DNA from: a candidate division FCPU426 bacterium
GTDB lineage: Bacteria; Oederibacteriota; Muellerivitia; Muellerivitales; Muellerivitaceae
DNA length: 64,000 bases
Direction: 5' to 3'
Assembly: GCA_963738405.1 (NCBI GenBank)
Contig: CAVTWJ010000001.1
Span: 32,001-96,000, forward strand
In this document: positions 54,863 through 64,000 of the stretch, in pieces
How the letters are laid out: every line of letters begins with the position of its first letter
How positions within the stretch are numbered: the first letter of the stretch is position 1
Made by a program: the position numbers and the translations under genes
The notes under the pieces: model-generated
Told to the model about the DNA's origin: nothing
Databases searched by the model: none
What the model saw: only the letters and a program-made list of their open reading frames with translations

Positions 54863-57139
54863 TTACCGCAAAACGAGAATTTTATAGATTTTCACCGTCT
54901 GGGTTCCCCCCGCTTGGGCCGTGAGCTTTAGGTAATAGACCCCGTTGGAAACGCTATGGCCCCCTTTATCGGACAAGTTCCAGGCAAAGGCGTTGTTCCC
55001 GAAAACGGATTGGGAGCCGCCCGCGACTTTACGGAAAGCCAGGGAGAAAACCTCCCAGGTAAAGGTTATCGGGCTGGGTGCGCTCACTTCAAAGCTGACA
55101 GGCCCCGCGTTCTGGATCGGGTTGGGGTAAGGGGCGCTCAGCGTTATTCCCAATATGACCGGAGTGGAGGTGGGGGAGAGGGTCACCGTAAAGGTCGCCG
55201 TGGGGGGGAGGGTGTTCGTCGGGGAAAAAGTGGGGGTGGGGGTTTTCGTAACCGTGGGCGTTGGGGTGGAAGAAGGTGTAGAGGTGATCGTGGGAGTCAG
55301 CGTAATGGTCGGGCTCAACGTAATGGTTGGGGTCGAGGTAATGGTGGGGGTCGGTGTGATGGTGAAGGTGTTGGAGGGGGTGTAGCTTTGGGTCGGGGTG
55401 TTGGTGATAAGGCAGGTCGGGAAAGTGGATATCTCGATGGCCGCGAATTCGGCGTTGTTTGCCGAGGCGTTAGCGACGATATCGATCAAGCCTCCCGAGA
55501 CGGTCACGGGAAAGGCGTGGTTATCGGCGGCGTATTCCCCGACCTCTGAATAAATGTCGAAGTTCGGCAGCACGTTCACGCCGTTGATGGCCACGTTGAA
55601 GACCCGGCATGCCGGGGCGGTACAGTAAATATCGACATTTTTCAAAGCCACCAGATAGGTCCCGTTGGGAACGGTGAACTTGTATTCCAGGGTGGCGGCG
55701 TAACGTTCCGTCTTGTAGAGGTTCTGCTGGGAGCCCGCGTTGGCGATGGGGCTGGTGGTGGTCCCGATGTTGCCGGCGCTCACGTAGCCGAAGCTCCCCG
55801 CCGCGTAGGCCTGGTCCGCCACCCAGGTCACCCCACCGAGGATGTATTGCGGCCCGCCGCAATTGATGGCCGCCACCACTTGGGAGCAGGGATTGACCGT
55901 CGGAGTCGCGGTGGGGGTGTAGGTCACGGTCGGGGTATTCGAGGGGGTGGAGGTGGGCGTGACCGTATCCGAGGGGTTGTGGGTGGGGGTGGGAGTGCCG
56001 GTGTTCGCCGGGGTGGCGATACAGGTGGGAACGGGCGTCTGCAGGAAATTTCGTACGTCGGTCCCCCAGCTGGTCGGCGTCCAGCTGAAATCCGAAACCA
56101 GGTCGGGGCAGGAGCCGGGATACATGCACCAAGCCGTGGATCCTACGATCCCGCTGGTGTTCATCAGGTAGCTGAAAAAACCGCTATCGAAAGCGGAAAT
56201 GTCCCCCGGATCGGGCGGGCAGGTGCCATCGGGCCCGTATTCCCCCACGAGGACCGGGTAGTTGGACAGGAAGGCGGGCGGAATTTCCTGATCCCAATTG
56301 CCCTGGGAGGTCCCGTCGTTGGTCCCGTAGATATGGGCCGCGAACATCACCCCGGCCCCCTGGTTGGTCAGGGAGCCTGCGGGCAGGCCGTCCAGGTTGG
56401 CGCACCAATGCAGGCCCCCCATCAGGCAGACGTTGGTGGCCCCCGCCCCCCGCACAGCGTTCAGGAGCGCCTGCATTCCCGGCGTGGAGAAGGAAGCTCC
56501 GCCCAGGGTCCCGCCATTGAGCCAGGTGTTGTAACCCGCGGTGTCGACCGTTCCCGGATTGTCGTTGCCGGAGTCATACGGCTCGTTGTAAAGGTCGAAG
56601 ACCACGGCGGGATTGTTGGCGAATACGCCCCCCAACGAGCTCCAAAAAGTTACCGCGTTCTGGTCCGCCATGGGCTGTTGTTTCGTGTTGGCGGCGTTTC
56701 CCCAGCCGGCCCCGCAGGGAGCCGTGGGCGAGGAAGAGGTTCCCGACCAGTGCAGGTCGAGGAGGACATAGGCGCCCTGCCCCGAGCAGTAGTTGACGAC
56801 GTTGTTCACCAAGGTCCGGTAATTGGTCCCGTTGGTGTCGCCGTCCCCGCACCCGAACCAATAATCCTGGTTCAAGGGCAGGCGGATGATGTTGCATTTC
56901 CAGGTGCCCACCGCCTCGGTCACCATGTTCAACATCTGCCCACTTCCTGTGTTGGAAAATTCGAGCCCGTCCGCGTCCACGCCCCTGAGGATTGTGCAGG
57001 AGCCGCCGAAGGAAAGGGTGTTTCCCACGACCGTCATAACCGACGGTTGGGCCTGCAAATGTTGGGCGCAAAGTATCCCGAAGGCGAGGGCGAAAAGGGC
57101 GGGGGTACGCCGGAAAGACGAGGATTGAATCAAGGACAT
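54863..57139 (-). CDS. Secreted GH5 glycoside hydrolase + malectin + Thr/Pro linkers + C-terminal FlgD-Ig/CTD-like domain
   Basis: IIRLPLNQDYW, LDLHW, FDLYNEP (acid/base), LVGEYG (nucleophile); malectin LYKTERY..RVFNVAING; TPT repeats; APYPNP..FRKV..WNLSD..SNGVYYLKL. Confidence 0.88.
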   Translation of the reverse strand: MSLIQSSSFRRTPALFALAFGILCAQHLQAQPSVMTVVGNTLSFGGSCTILRGVDADGLEFSNTGSGQMLNMVTEAVGTWKCNIIRLPLNQDYWFGCGDGDTNGTNYRTLVNNVVNYCSGQGAYVLLDLHWSGTSSSPTAPCGAGWGNAANTKQQPMADQNAVTFWSSLGGVFANNPAVVFDLYNEPYDSGNDNPGTVDTAGYNTWLNGGTLGGASFSTPGMQALLNAVRGAGATNVCLMGGLHWCANLDGLPAGSLTNQGAGVMFAAHIYGTNDGTSQGNWDQEIPPAFLSNYPVLVGEYGPDGTCPPDPGDISAFDSGFFSYLMNTSGIVGSTAWCMYPGSCPDLVSDFSWTPTSWGTDVRNFLQTPVPTCIATPANTGTPTPTHNPSDTVTPTSTPSNTPTVTYTPTATPTVNPCSQVVAAINCGGPQYILGGVTWVADQAYAAGSFGYVSAGNIGTTTSPIANAGSQQNLYKTERYAATLEYKFTVPNGTYLVALKNVDIYCTAPACRVFNVAINGVNVLPNFDIYSEVGEYAADNHAFPVTVSGGLIDIVANASANNAEFAAIEISTFPTCLITNTPTQSYTPSNTFTITPTPTITSTPTITLSPTITLTPTITSTPSSTPTPTVTKTPTPTFSPTNTLPPTATFTVTLSPTSTPVILGITLSAPYPNPIQNAGPVSFEVSAPSPITFTWEVFSLAFRKVAGGSQSVFGNNAFAWNLSDKGGHSVSNGVYYLKLTAQAGGTQTVKIYKILVLR

Positions 57140-57543
57140 GTTGTTTTTTTTATACTTTCGTAATGATCTTTTTCCCTATTCACATTTGAGGCACGCAAAA
57201 AAAAGGAAGCCCATTCAATAGGTTCCGGGGAGAAGCTTCATCCGCTTTTTGGGGTCGGTTATGGAAGCAACACATTACACTTTAAGCTTAATATGGATGC
57301 CCCGGAAAAAATAAAAGGGCTTTCATGAACCACGCATTGCGGCGTGAAGCGGGGACCGTTCGCCCAAATATTTTGATCCGCGACATGAATCACTCGAAAG
57401 GAGCTATGAAACCGCTTTTTATAAAAGATTTGTGGTAAGAAAATAGGTAATATCGACAAAAATATGGAAATTAAACGCGGGATTTACTGTCCGTGACGGG
57501 GTCCCGCAATGACGCACAAGATCAAAAATAAATAACACCGAGG

Positions 57544-58704
57544 TTGCCCTTGAGCTGGCTTGACGACATGCATGAAGAACTACACGAACTGGACGCCCAG
57601 GGACTGCGCCGGAAGCTCCGCCTGGTGGAGCCTTTGGGGGGCATGAAGGCCTCCATCGGGGGCAAGGATTGCGTCCTCTTTTGCACCAATAACTATTTGG
57701 GCTTGGCGGACCATCCCAAAGTTTTGGAAAGGTCCCAAAGGGCGCTGGTGCGCTATGGGGCCTCGGCTCAGGCCTCCCGCCTCGTTTCGGGGAACTTTCC
57801 GATCCATCTCCAACTCGAAGAAATCACCGCCCTCTTCAAGGGCGCGGAAGCCTGCCTGGCCTTTCCCTCGGGCTACATGGCCAACCTGGCCGCCATCACC
57901 GCGATGGTGGAAGGGGAGGATGTCGTCCTTTGTGACCGCTTAAACCACGCCAGCCTAATCGACGCTTGCCGTATGTCGAAGGCCAAATTTCTCGTTTACG
58001 AGCATCTAAATCTGGACGATTTAAAGAAGCAGTTGGAAAGATCTACCAAATTCCGCCGCAAGCTCATCGTGACGGACGCCATGTTCAGTATGGATGGGGA
58101 CTTGGTTCCGCTTCTCAAGGTCACCAACCTGGCCCACGAATACGACGCCATGGTGATGGTGGATGACGCCCACGGCACAGGCGTTTTGGGCCCAACCGGG
58201 CAGGGGATTACCCACCATTTTCCCCTGAAACATTACCCCCAGGTGGTTATGGGCACCTACAGCAAGGCCCTGGGAAGCATGGGCGGGTTTGTCTGCGGGC
58301 CCAAGCTATTCATCGAATCCATGATCAATCACGCTCGAACCTTCATATATACAACAGGCCTGGCGCCTTCGGTTTGCGGGGCATCCTTGGGCGCCTTGGA
58401 AGTGCTTCAGCAGGAACCGGAGAGGGTCGAGAAGGTTTGGGATAACTCCAAAAAGATCCGCGATGGCCTCAGGGCCATGGGGCACGAAATTCCCCGAGGC
58501 GCCGGGCCCATCATGCCGATCATCGTGGGGGATAACGCGGAAGCCGTGAAGATGTCGGAGAAGCTGTTGGAAGAAGGTATTTTGGTGGTGGCCATCCGCC
58601 CGCCCACAGTGCCGAAAGGAACGGCTAGGCTTAGGCTTTCGGTTTCGGCAGCCCATACGGACGCGGATATTGAGAAGTTGTTTAACGCTTTTAAAAAGCT
58701 CTAA
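57544..58704 (+). CDS. bioF: 8-amino-7-oxononanoate synthase
   Basis: TNNYLGL, ASRLVSG, SGYMAN, DRLNHASLID, FSMDGD, DDAHGTG, GTYSKALG, IRPPTVP..ARLR; bioD nearby. Confidence 0.9.
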   Translation: MPLSWLDDMHEELHELDAQGLRRKLRLVEPLGGMKASIGGKDCVLFCTNNYLGLADHPKVLERSQRALVRYGASAQASRLVSGNFPIHLQLEEITALFKGAEACLAFPSGYMANLAAITAMVEGEDVVLCDRLNHASLIDACRMSKAKFLVYEHLNLDDLKKQLERSTKFRRKLIVTDAMFSMDGDLVPLLKVTNLAHEYDAMVMVDDAHGTGVLGPTGQGITHHFPLKHYPQVVMGTYSKALGSMGGFVCGPKLFIESMINHARTFIYTTGLAPSVCGASLGALEVLQQEPERVEKVWDNSKKIRDGLRAMGHEIPRGAGPIMPIIVGDNAEAVKMSEKLLEEGILVVAIRPPTVPKGTARLRLSVSAAHTDADIEKLFNAFKKL

Positions 58705-58712
58705 TGGCATAA

Positions 58713-58741
58713 TTGACATATTTATGCATTGAGAATATGCT
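58713..58741 (+). promoter_or_regulatory. Sigma70 promoter of vapBC (probably leaderless transcript)
   Basis: TTGACA (58713)-17 bp-TATGCT (58736); ATG 7 nt later; TATGC/GCATA repeats overlap. Confidence 0.6.
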
Positions 58742-58748
58742 TTTATGC

Positions 58749-58986
58749 ATGAGAACAACTTTACAAATAAATGACCAGATTTATCACAAAGCGAAACAAT
58801 TGGCCGCCAAAACCCATAGGACTTTGACGGCGGTCATTGAGGACGCTTTGCGGGAGACCATTTCACGCCGGGCCGTATTGCACCCCAAAAGTTCGCGTAT
58901 CAAGCTTCCGATATTTGACGGAAAGGGCCTGCAGCCTGGGGTTGACTTGGATGATAACAGCGCGCTTTTAGACCTTATGGATTCAC

Positions 58987-59006
<20 letters not shown>
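58749..59006 (+). CDS. vapB: VapB-type ribbon-helix-helix antitoxin
   Basis: MRTTLQIND...AK..A....TLTAVIEDALR...PGVDLDD; upstream of the PIN toxin. Confidence 0.85.
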
Positions 59007-60095
<1,089 letters not shown>

Positions 60096-60135
60096 ATCCT
60101 TAACAACTACACGGGGCGAATGGAAAGGGGAGATT

Positions 60136-60873
60136 ATGGCCAAGATCAAGACTTACAAGGGATTGAAGAACTATAAGGTGGCGGGTGAAAAGGAATGGCT
60201 GGCGGCCCGCAAGGCGCTTCTCCTCAAGGAAAAGAAATTCACCAAAGCGCGCGACGCGGTGAACGCCGAAAGGCGCAAGCTTCCCTGGGTGTTGGTGGAT
60301 AAAGATTACGTCTTCGACGGTCCGCAGGGTAAAGAAAGCCTATCCGAGCTCTTCGGTAAAAAAAGCCAGCTCATCGTTTGGCATTTCATGTTCGGCCCCG
60401 ATTGGAAAGAAGGCTGTACCCACTGCTCCCTCTGGGCGGATAGCTTTAACGGCAACATTGTCCATCTAGCCGCTCGGGATATCACCATGCTGGCCATTTC
60501 GCGGGCGCCCCTCAAAAAAATCGAACCCTTCAAGAAACGCATGGGTTGGGATTTTAAATGGGTTTCGTCCTTCAATACCGATTTCAACTACGATTACCAG
60601 GCTTCCTTCAGCAAAGAAGATTTCAAAAAGGGCAAGGCCGTCTATAACTACAAGGTCATCAAGCCTTTTTCAGATGAACTGCACGGAGTCAGCGTTTTCG
60701 CCAAGGACACCAAGGGCGATGTCTACCATACCTATTCCACCTATGCCCGGGGCGTGGACCCGCTCAATATTACCTACCAGTATGCTGATCTGGCCCCCAA
60801 GGGCCGCGACGAAGATATGACTTCCAACTTTCCATCCGGCTGGGTGAACTACCACGACAAGTACCCTAAGTAA
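60136..60873 (+). CDS. DUF899 thioredoxin-like protein (copy 1)
   Basis: WLAARKALL.KEK, RRKLPW, LF..KSQL..HFMFGP, GCTHCS, HTYSTYARG, PKGRDE. Confidence 0.9.
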   Translation: MAKIKTYKGLKNYKVAGEKEWLAARKALLLKEKKFTKARDAVNAERRKLPWVLVDKDYVFDGPQGKESLSELFGKKSQLIVWHFMFGPDWKEGCTHCSLWADSFNGNIVHLAARDITMLAISRAPLKKIEPFKKRMGWDFKWVSSFNTDFNYDYQASFSKEDFKKGKAVYNYKVIKPFSDELHGVSVFAKDTKGDVYHTYSTYARGVDPLNITYQYADLAPKGRDEDMTSNFPSGWVNYHDKYPK

Positions 60874-60888
60874 GCGAAAGGACCGGAC

Positions 60889-61623
60889 ATGGCCAAGATC
60901 AAGACGAATTCGGGTGTGAAGAATTACAAGGTGGTCGGTGAAAAACAATGGCTGGCGGCCCGCAAGGCGCTCCTCCTCAAGGAAAAGAAGCTCACGAAAC
61001 TGCGGGACGCCGTGAGCGCCGAAAGGCGCAAACTGCCCTGGCGGCTGGTGGAAAAGGCCTATGTTTTCGACGGCCCCAACGGCAAAGAAACCCTGTCGGA
61101 TCTTTTTGGCGGTAAAAGCCAGTTGGTGATCTGGCATTTCATGCTCGGCCCCAACATGAAGGATGGATGTACAGGCTGTTCCTTCTGGGCGGATAGTTTC
61201 AACGGCAACATCCCCCACCTGGCGGCCCGGGATATCCGGATGATGGCCGTTTCCCGCGCGACCATGAAAAAGATCGTGGGTTTCAAGAAACGCATGGGCT
61301 GGAGCTTCCATTGGGTCTCTTCCCACAACAACGACTTTAATGTCGACTACCAAGTCTCCTCCACCCGCGAGGAATTCAAAAAGGGCAAGGGGGTCTATAA
61401 CTACGAAAAGGCCGCGCCCAATGACGAAATGCCGGGGGTCAGCGTTTTCGCCAAGGACACCGAAGGCGTCATCTTCCACACCTATTCCACCTACGCCCGC
61501 GGCATGGACCCTCTCAACGCCGGTTACCAATATATCGACCTTACCCCCAAGGGCCGCGACGAGTACGGGCACAAGAACCAACCCGGGGAATGGTTCCGCC
61601 ATCACGACAAATACCCCAAATAA
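60889..61623 (+). CDS. DUF899 thioredoxin-like protein (copy 2)
   Basis: Same motifs, GCTGCS; colinear with copy 1. Confidence 0.9.
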   Translation: MAKIKTNSGVKNYKVVGEKQWLAARKALLLKEKKLTKLRDAVSAERRKLPWRLVEKAYVFDGPNGKETLSDLFGGKSQLVIWHFMLGPNMKDGCTGCSFWADSFNGNIPHLAARDIRMMAVSRATMKKIVGFKKRMGWSFHWVSSHNNDFNVDYQVSSTREEFKKGKGVYNYEKAAPNDEMPGVSVFAKDTEGVIFHTYSTYARGMDPLNAGYQYIDLTPKGRDEYGHKNQPGEWFRHHDKYPK

Positions 61624-62478
61624 GTGAAAGGTTTTGCCTGTTGCCCCCCCGCCGGGGGTTCCTACGGCTCCTTCCGGTTTTACCTGGTTAGCGGGCTGGG
61701 CATCGCCCTTAGCCTGGGTTTGACCCTCTACTTTTGCTTTTCAATGTCAAATGGAATGGATATGCCCGGCGGTTGGCGCATGTCCATGATGTGGATGAGA
61801 ATGCCGGGGCAGAGCTGGCTTGATTCGGCTGGCATGTTTCTGGCCATGTGGCTTTCGATGATGGTGGCCATGATGCTTCCTTCGCTCATGGTCAAACTAC
61901 TCCTCTTTTACCGTTCGCTGGTTTGGAAAAGGGCCGATCACCCGGGCCTTTCCACCCTATCTGTGGGGGCCGGTTACTTTTTGGTTTGGACCGCCCTGGG
62001 CGCGGGAGTTTACGCCCTCGGCATCCCTTGGGCCATCATGGCCATGCGCTTTTCCCCATTAAGCCGGGCGGTGCCATTCCTCACCGGGGTAGCGCTTGTC
62101 CTCGCCGGGCTTTACCAATTTAGCCGGTGGAAAGAACAGGGATTAGCGAGTTGCCGAAGGCCTATCGTTTATGGCTATATCCCTAAGCGGGGCCGAAAGG
62201 CCAAACCCAAAAAAGACCAACCAGAAATTATTGAGGACGAAGGTTTATGGAACTCTCTCGTGCAGGGGTTTAGCCAGGGCTTCCATTGCGCGGTTTGCTG
62301 CGCGGGTTCCATGTTGACCCTTGTGGCATTGGGGGCCATGAATCTTTTTGTCATGCTAGTGGTCGCCCTTGTGATCGCCCTAGAAAAACTCTTGCCCCAG
62401 CCCCAGGGAATGGTGAAGGTCTCTGGTTTTTTGGCAGTAGCTTTGGGGGTTTCGTTGATCGTTCGCTTGTTTATTTAA
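61624..62478 (+). CDS. DUF2182 predicted metal-binding integral membrane protein
   Basis: MDMPGGWRMSMMWM, MWLSMMVAMMLPS, YQFS.WK...C, C..CC..M, LEK. Confidence 0.88.
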   Translation: MKGFACCPPAGGSYGSFRFYLVSGLGIALSLGLTLYFCFSMSNGMDMPGGWRMSMMWMRMPGQSWLDSAGMFLAMWLSMMVAMMLPSLMVKLLLFYRSLVWKRADHPGLSTLSVGAGYFLVWTALGAGVYALGIPWAIMAMRFSPLSRAVPFLTGVALVLAGLYQFSRWKEQGLASCRRPIVYGYIPKRGRKAKPKKDQPEIIEDEGLWNSLVQGFSQGFHCAVCCAGSMLTLVALGAMNLFVMLVVALVIALEKLLPQPQGMVKVSGFLAVALGVSLIVRLFI

Positions 62479-62494
62479 TAATTCCGGTTGCGCC

Positions 62495-62538
62495 TTGACG
62501 GCTTTCATCCTCCAATGTATATTCAATGTAGATACATT
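62495..62538 (+). promoter_or_regulatory. mazEF promoter/operator
   Basis: TTGACG (62495)-17 bp-TATATT (62518); AATGTAT..AATGTAG-ATACATT alternating palindrome over the -10. Confidence 0.65.
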
Positions 62539-62555
62539 AATTCCGAGGTGTTTTT

Positions 62556-62795
62556 ATGAAATCGGTCGTTCAAAAGTGGGGAAATAGCCTGGCATTGCGG
62601 ATTCCCAAGGCCATGGCGGAGCATATCAAGGTCAGGGAAGGGGCGCCGGTGGAAATAACCGGGGAAAAGGGAGGCCTTTGGATCAGGACCTCAAAGACGA
62701 AAAAGACTCTCAAGGAATTGCTTGCGAATGTCACCCCAGAAAACCTGCATGGTGAAACCCAAACTGGCCATGTGGTCGGCAAAGAGATCTGGTAA
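62556..62795 (+). CDS. mazE: AbrB/MazE antitoxin
   Basis: VQKWGNSLALRIP...TLKELLA.VTPENLHGE...GKEIW. Confidence 0.92.
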   Translation: MKSVVQKWGNSLALRIPKAMAEHIKVREGAPVEITGEKGGLWIRTSKTKKTLKELLANVTPENLHGETQTGHVVGKEIW

Positions 62796-62798
62796 TCC

Positions 62799-63134
62799 AT
62801 GGAATATGTCCCTGATCGCGGCGATGTGGTTTGGCTTAACTTCAACCCCCAAGCGGGTAGGGAACAGGCGGGCCACCGCCCTGCCCTGGTTTTATCTCCG
62901 AAGGAATACAACCGAAAAACCGGGCTAGCCGTGATGTGCCCCATGACCACCCAAGTCAAGGGTTACCCCTTTGAGGTGGAAATAACCACCGGCGCCCAGC
63001 GCGGGGTTGTCCTTTCGGACCACTTAAAGAATCTTGATTGGCGGGAACGAAAAGTGACCTTTAAAGGGAAAGCCTCCCAGTCGGTGCTCAAGGAAGTGAC
63101 GGAGAAAATCTCGGCTCTCTTGGCGATTGAGTAA
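62799..63134 (+). CDS. mazF: MazF endoribonuclease toxin
   Basis: YVPDRGDVVWLNFNPQAGREQAGHRPALVLSP..YN, KGYPFEV, DHLKNLDW. Confidence 0.95.
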   Translation: MEYVPDRGDVVWLNFNPQAGREQAGHRPALVLSPKEYNRKTGLAVMCPMTTQVKGYPFEVEITTGAQRGVVLSDHLKNLDWRERKVTFKGKASQSVLKEVTEKISALLAIE

Positions 63135-63170
63135 TTAACTAAATCCGTTAAAAACAAAAGAGGTAATTGA

Positions 63171-63401
63171 ATGGAAGAAATTGAAAAAATCATCGCGGTC
63201 ATCTGGAAGCTCGAGGGTGAGTGGAAAAAAACGCTCGATGTTTTTTACATCGAAAACGATGACGACGAATTGGACAAGCTGGAAGATAAGTTTCCCGTGC
63301 CTGAATACGAGGTCTATACCTGGTACGGGTCCACGCTGGAAGAATGCCCCATCAAGAAGGGCAAGGTATACACCAAGGATTACGACCCCTATATGAAATA
63401 G
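63171..63401 (+). CDS. Small acidic hypothetical protein
   Basis: GAGGT RBS; 76-aa ORF. Confidence 0.5.
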   Translation: MEEIEKIIAVIWKLEGEWKKTLDVFYIENDDDELDKLEDKFPVPEYEVYTWYGSTLEECPIKKGKVYTKDYDPYMK

Positions 63402-63436
63402 ACGACGGGTCTAAACTTGGCCCCTTTTGGGGCCGG

Positions 63437-64000
63437 TCAATCCATGATTCCCTTACCCTTGAGAATTTGAGACCTGTATTTTTCTATTCTCGATTCGCGG
63501 GTTTGGGATTGTTTGGCCGATGAAAAATAAAGCAGGTAGGCCCTTTGCCGACCAGGCGTCAGGGCGTGAAAAGCGGTGTTCAAGGCGCCGTTTTCTTTTA
63601 GCTTCTTTTGGAATTCCTCCGGCATTTTGAATTCCGAAGTCTTTTTCATTTTGATCTTCAAACCGGATTTTTCCACCGCTATGGCTTCGTGGATATAGGC
63701 TTTTAAGGTGGATTTCATCGACATGATTTCCTGGACATTGGCGAACCTTATCTGGCGCCCCGCCTGCACATTTTCCGTTTGTTGGATGAGAATGCCCTTG
63801 GGGTCTTTCATCAAAGCGCCCTTCATAAACAAAAGCGCGCAATATTCTTTAAACCCATGGATCAAAACGATGTTTTTATTCTCGAAAGTGTAACAGGGTT
63901 GATACCACTTCAATTCCTCGGTCAGACCGCATTCGAGAATGATCATTCTCAACTTCTGTAATTCTTCCCGCCATTGTTCGGCTCTGCTTAAAACCGCGTC
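63437..64000 (-). CDS. YdeI/OmpD-associated (DUF1801) family protein, 5'-truncated by window edge
   Basis: Frame is open to the window end (..WREELQKLRMIILECGL); EELKWYQPCY, FKEYCALLF.KG, LTPGRQRAY..AKQSQTR. Confidence 0.88.
   Translation of the reverse strand, partial: DAVLSRAEQWREELQKLRMIILECGLTEELKWYQPCYTFENKNIVLIHGFKEYCALLFMKGALMKDPKGILIQQTENVQAGRQIRFANVQEIMSMKSTLKAYIHEAIAVEKSGLKIKMKKTSEFKMPEEFQKKLKENGALNTAFHALTPGRQRAYLLYFSSAKQSQTRESRIEKYRSQILKGKGIMD

Noticed and set aside
55847..57163. 438-aa plus-strand ORF
   Set aside because: Antisense to the GC-rich GH5 gene; Gly/Arg-rich low-information translation.
60670..61605. 311-aa antisense ORF
   Set aside because: Shadow of the DUF899 genes.

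Overview
Chromosomal window from a diderm, probably facultatively anaerobic bacterium (porin, AsmA, Spy/CpxP, NifJ-type PFOR). There is no rRNA, tRNA, CRISPR array, transposase or integrase that I can recognise. Core loci: the 3' end of a threonine-synthase-like gene; a sulfur-carrier (MoaD/ThiS)-NIL-ThiF-like-cysK cluster; nifJ plus a DHODH-like flavoprotein; a porin-pstSCAB-phoU operon with Pho-box-like repeats; csp, bshB1-like, recA, AsmA, MFS, metallophosphatase and mazG; fabG/fabF paralogues; bioF and bioD. Two apparent operons (thrC-like...moaD-NIL-thiF-cysK and fabG-fabF...bioF...bioD) look pried apart by 10-12 kb blocks of accessory genes and by a VapBC module. The most unusual items are: (i) a ~400-bp non-coding composite at 9700-10090 made of two perfect palindromes with a shared core, six 21/22-bp-period repeats and six TGGCACRAT boxes; (ii) two copies of a CACCAAG-octamer inverted-repeat element; (iii) a membrane-anchored protein with two apparently inactivated Mrr nuclease domains, followed by a 50% acidic protein; (iv) twin stand-alone Cys-rich PAS-like proteins flanking a glutathione peroxidase; (v) a GG-K-capped sulfur carrier next to a degenerate E1; (vi) a perfect palindrome abutting the recA promoter. 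All product calls come from motif recognition by eye, not database searches.
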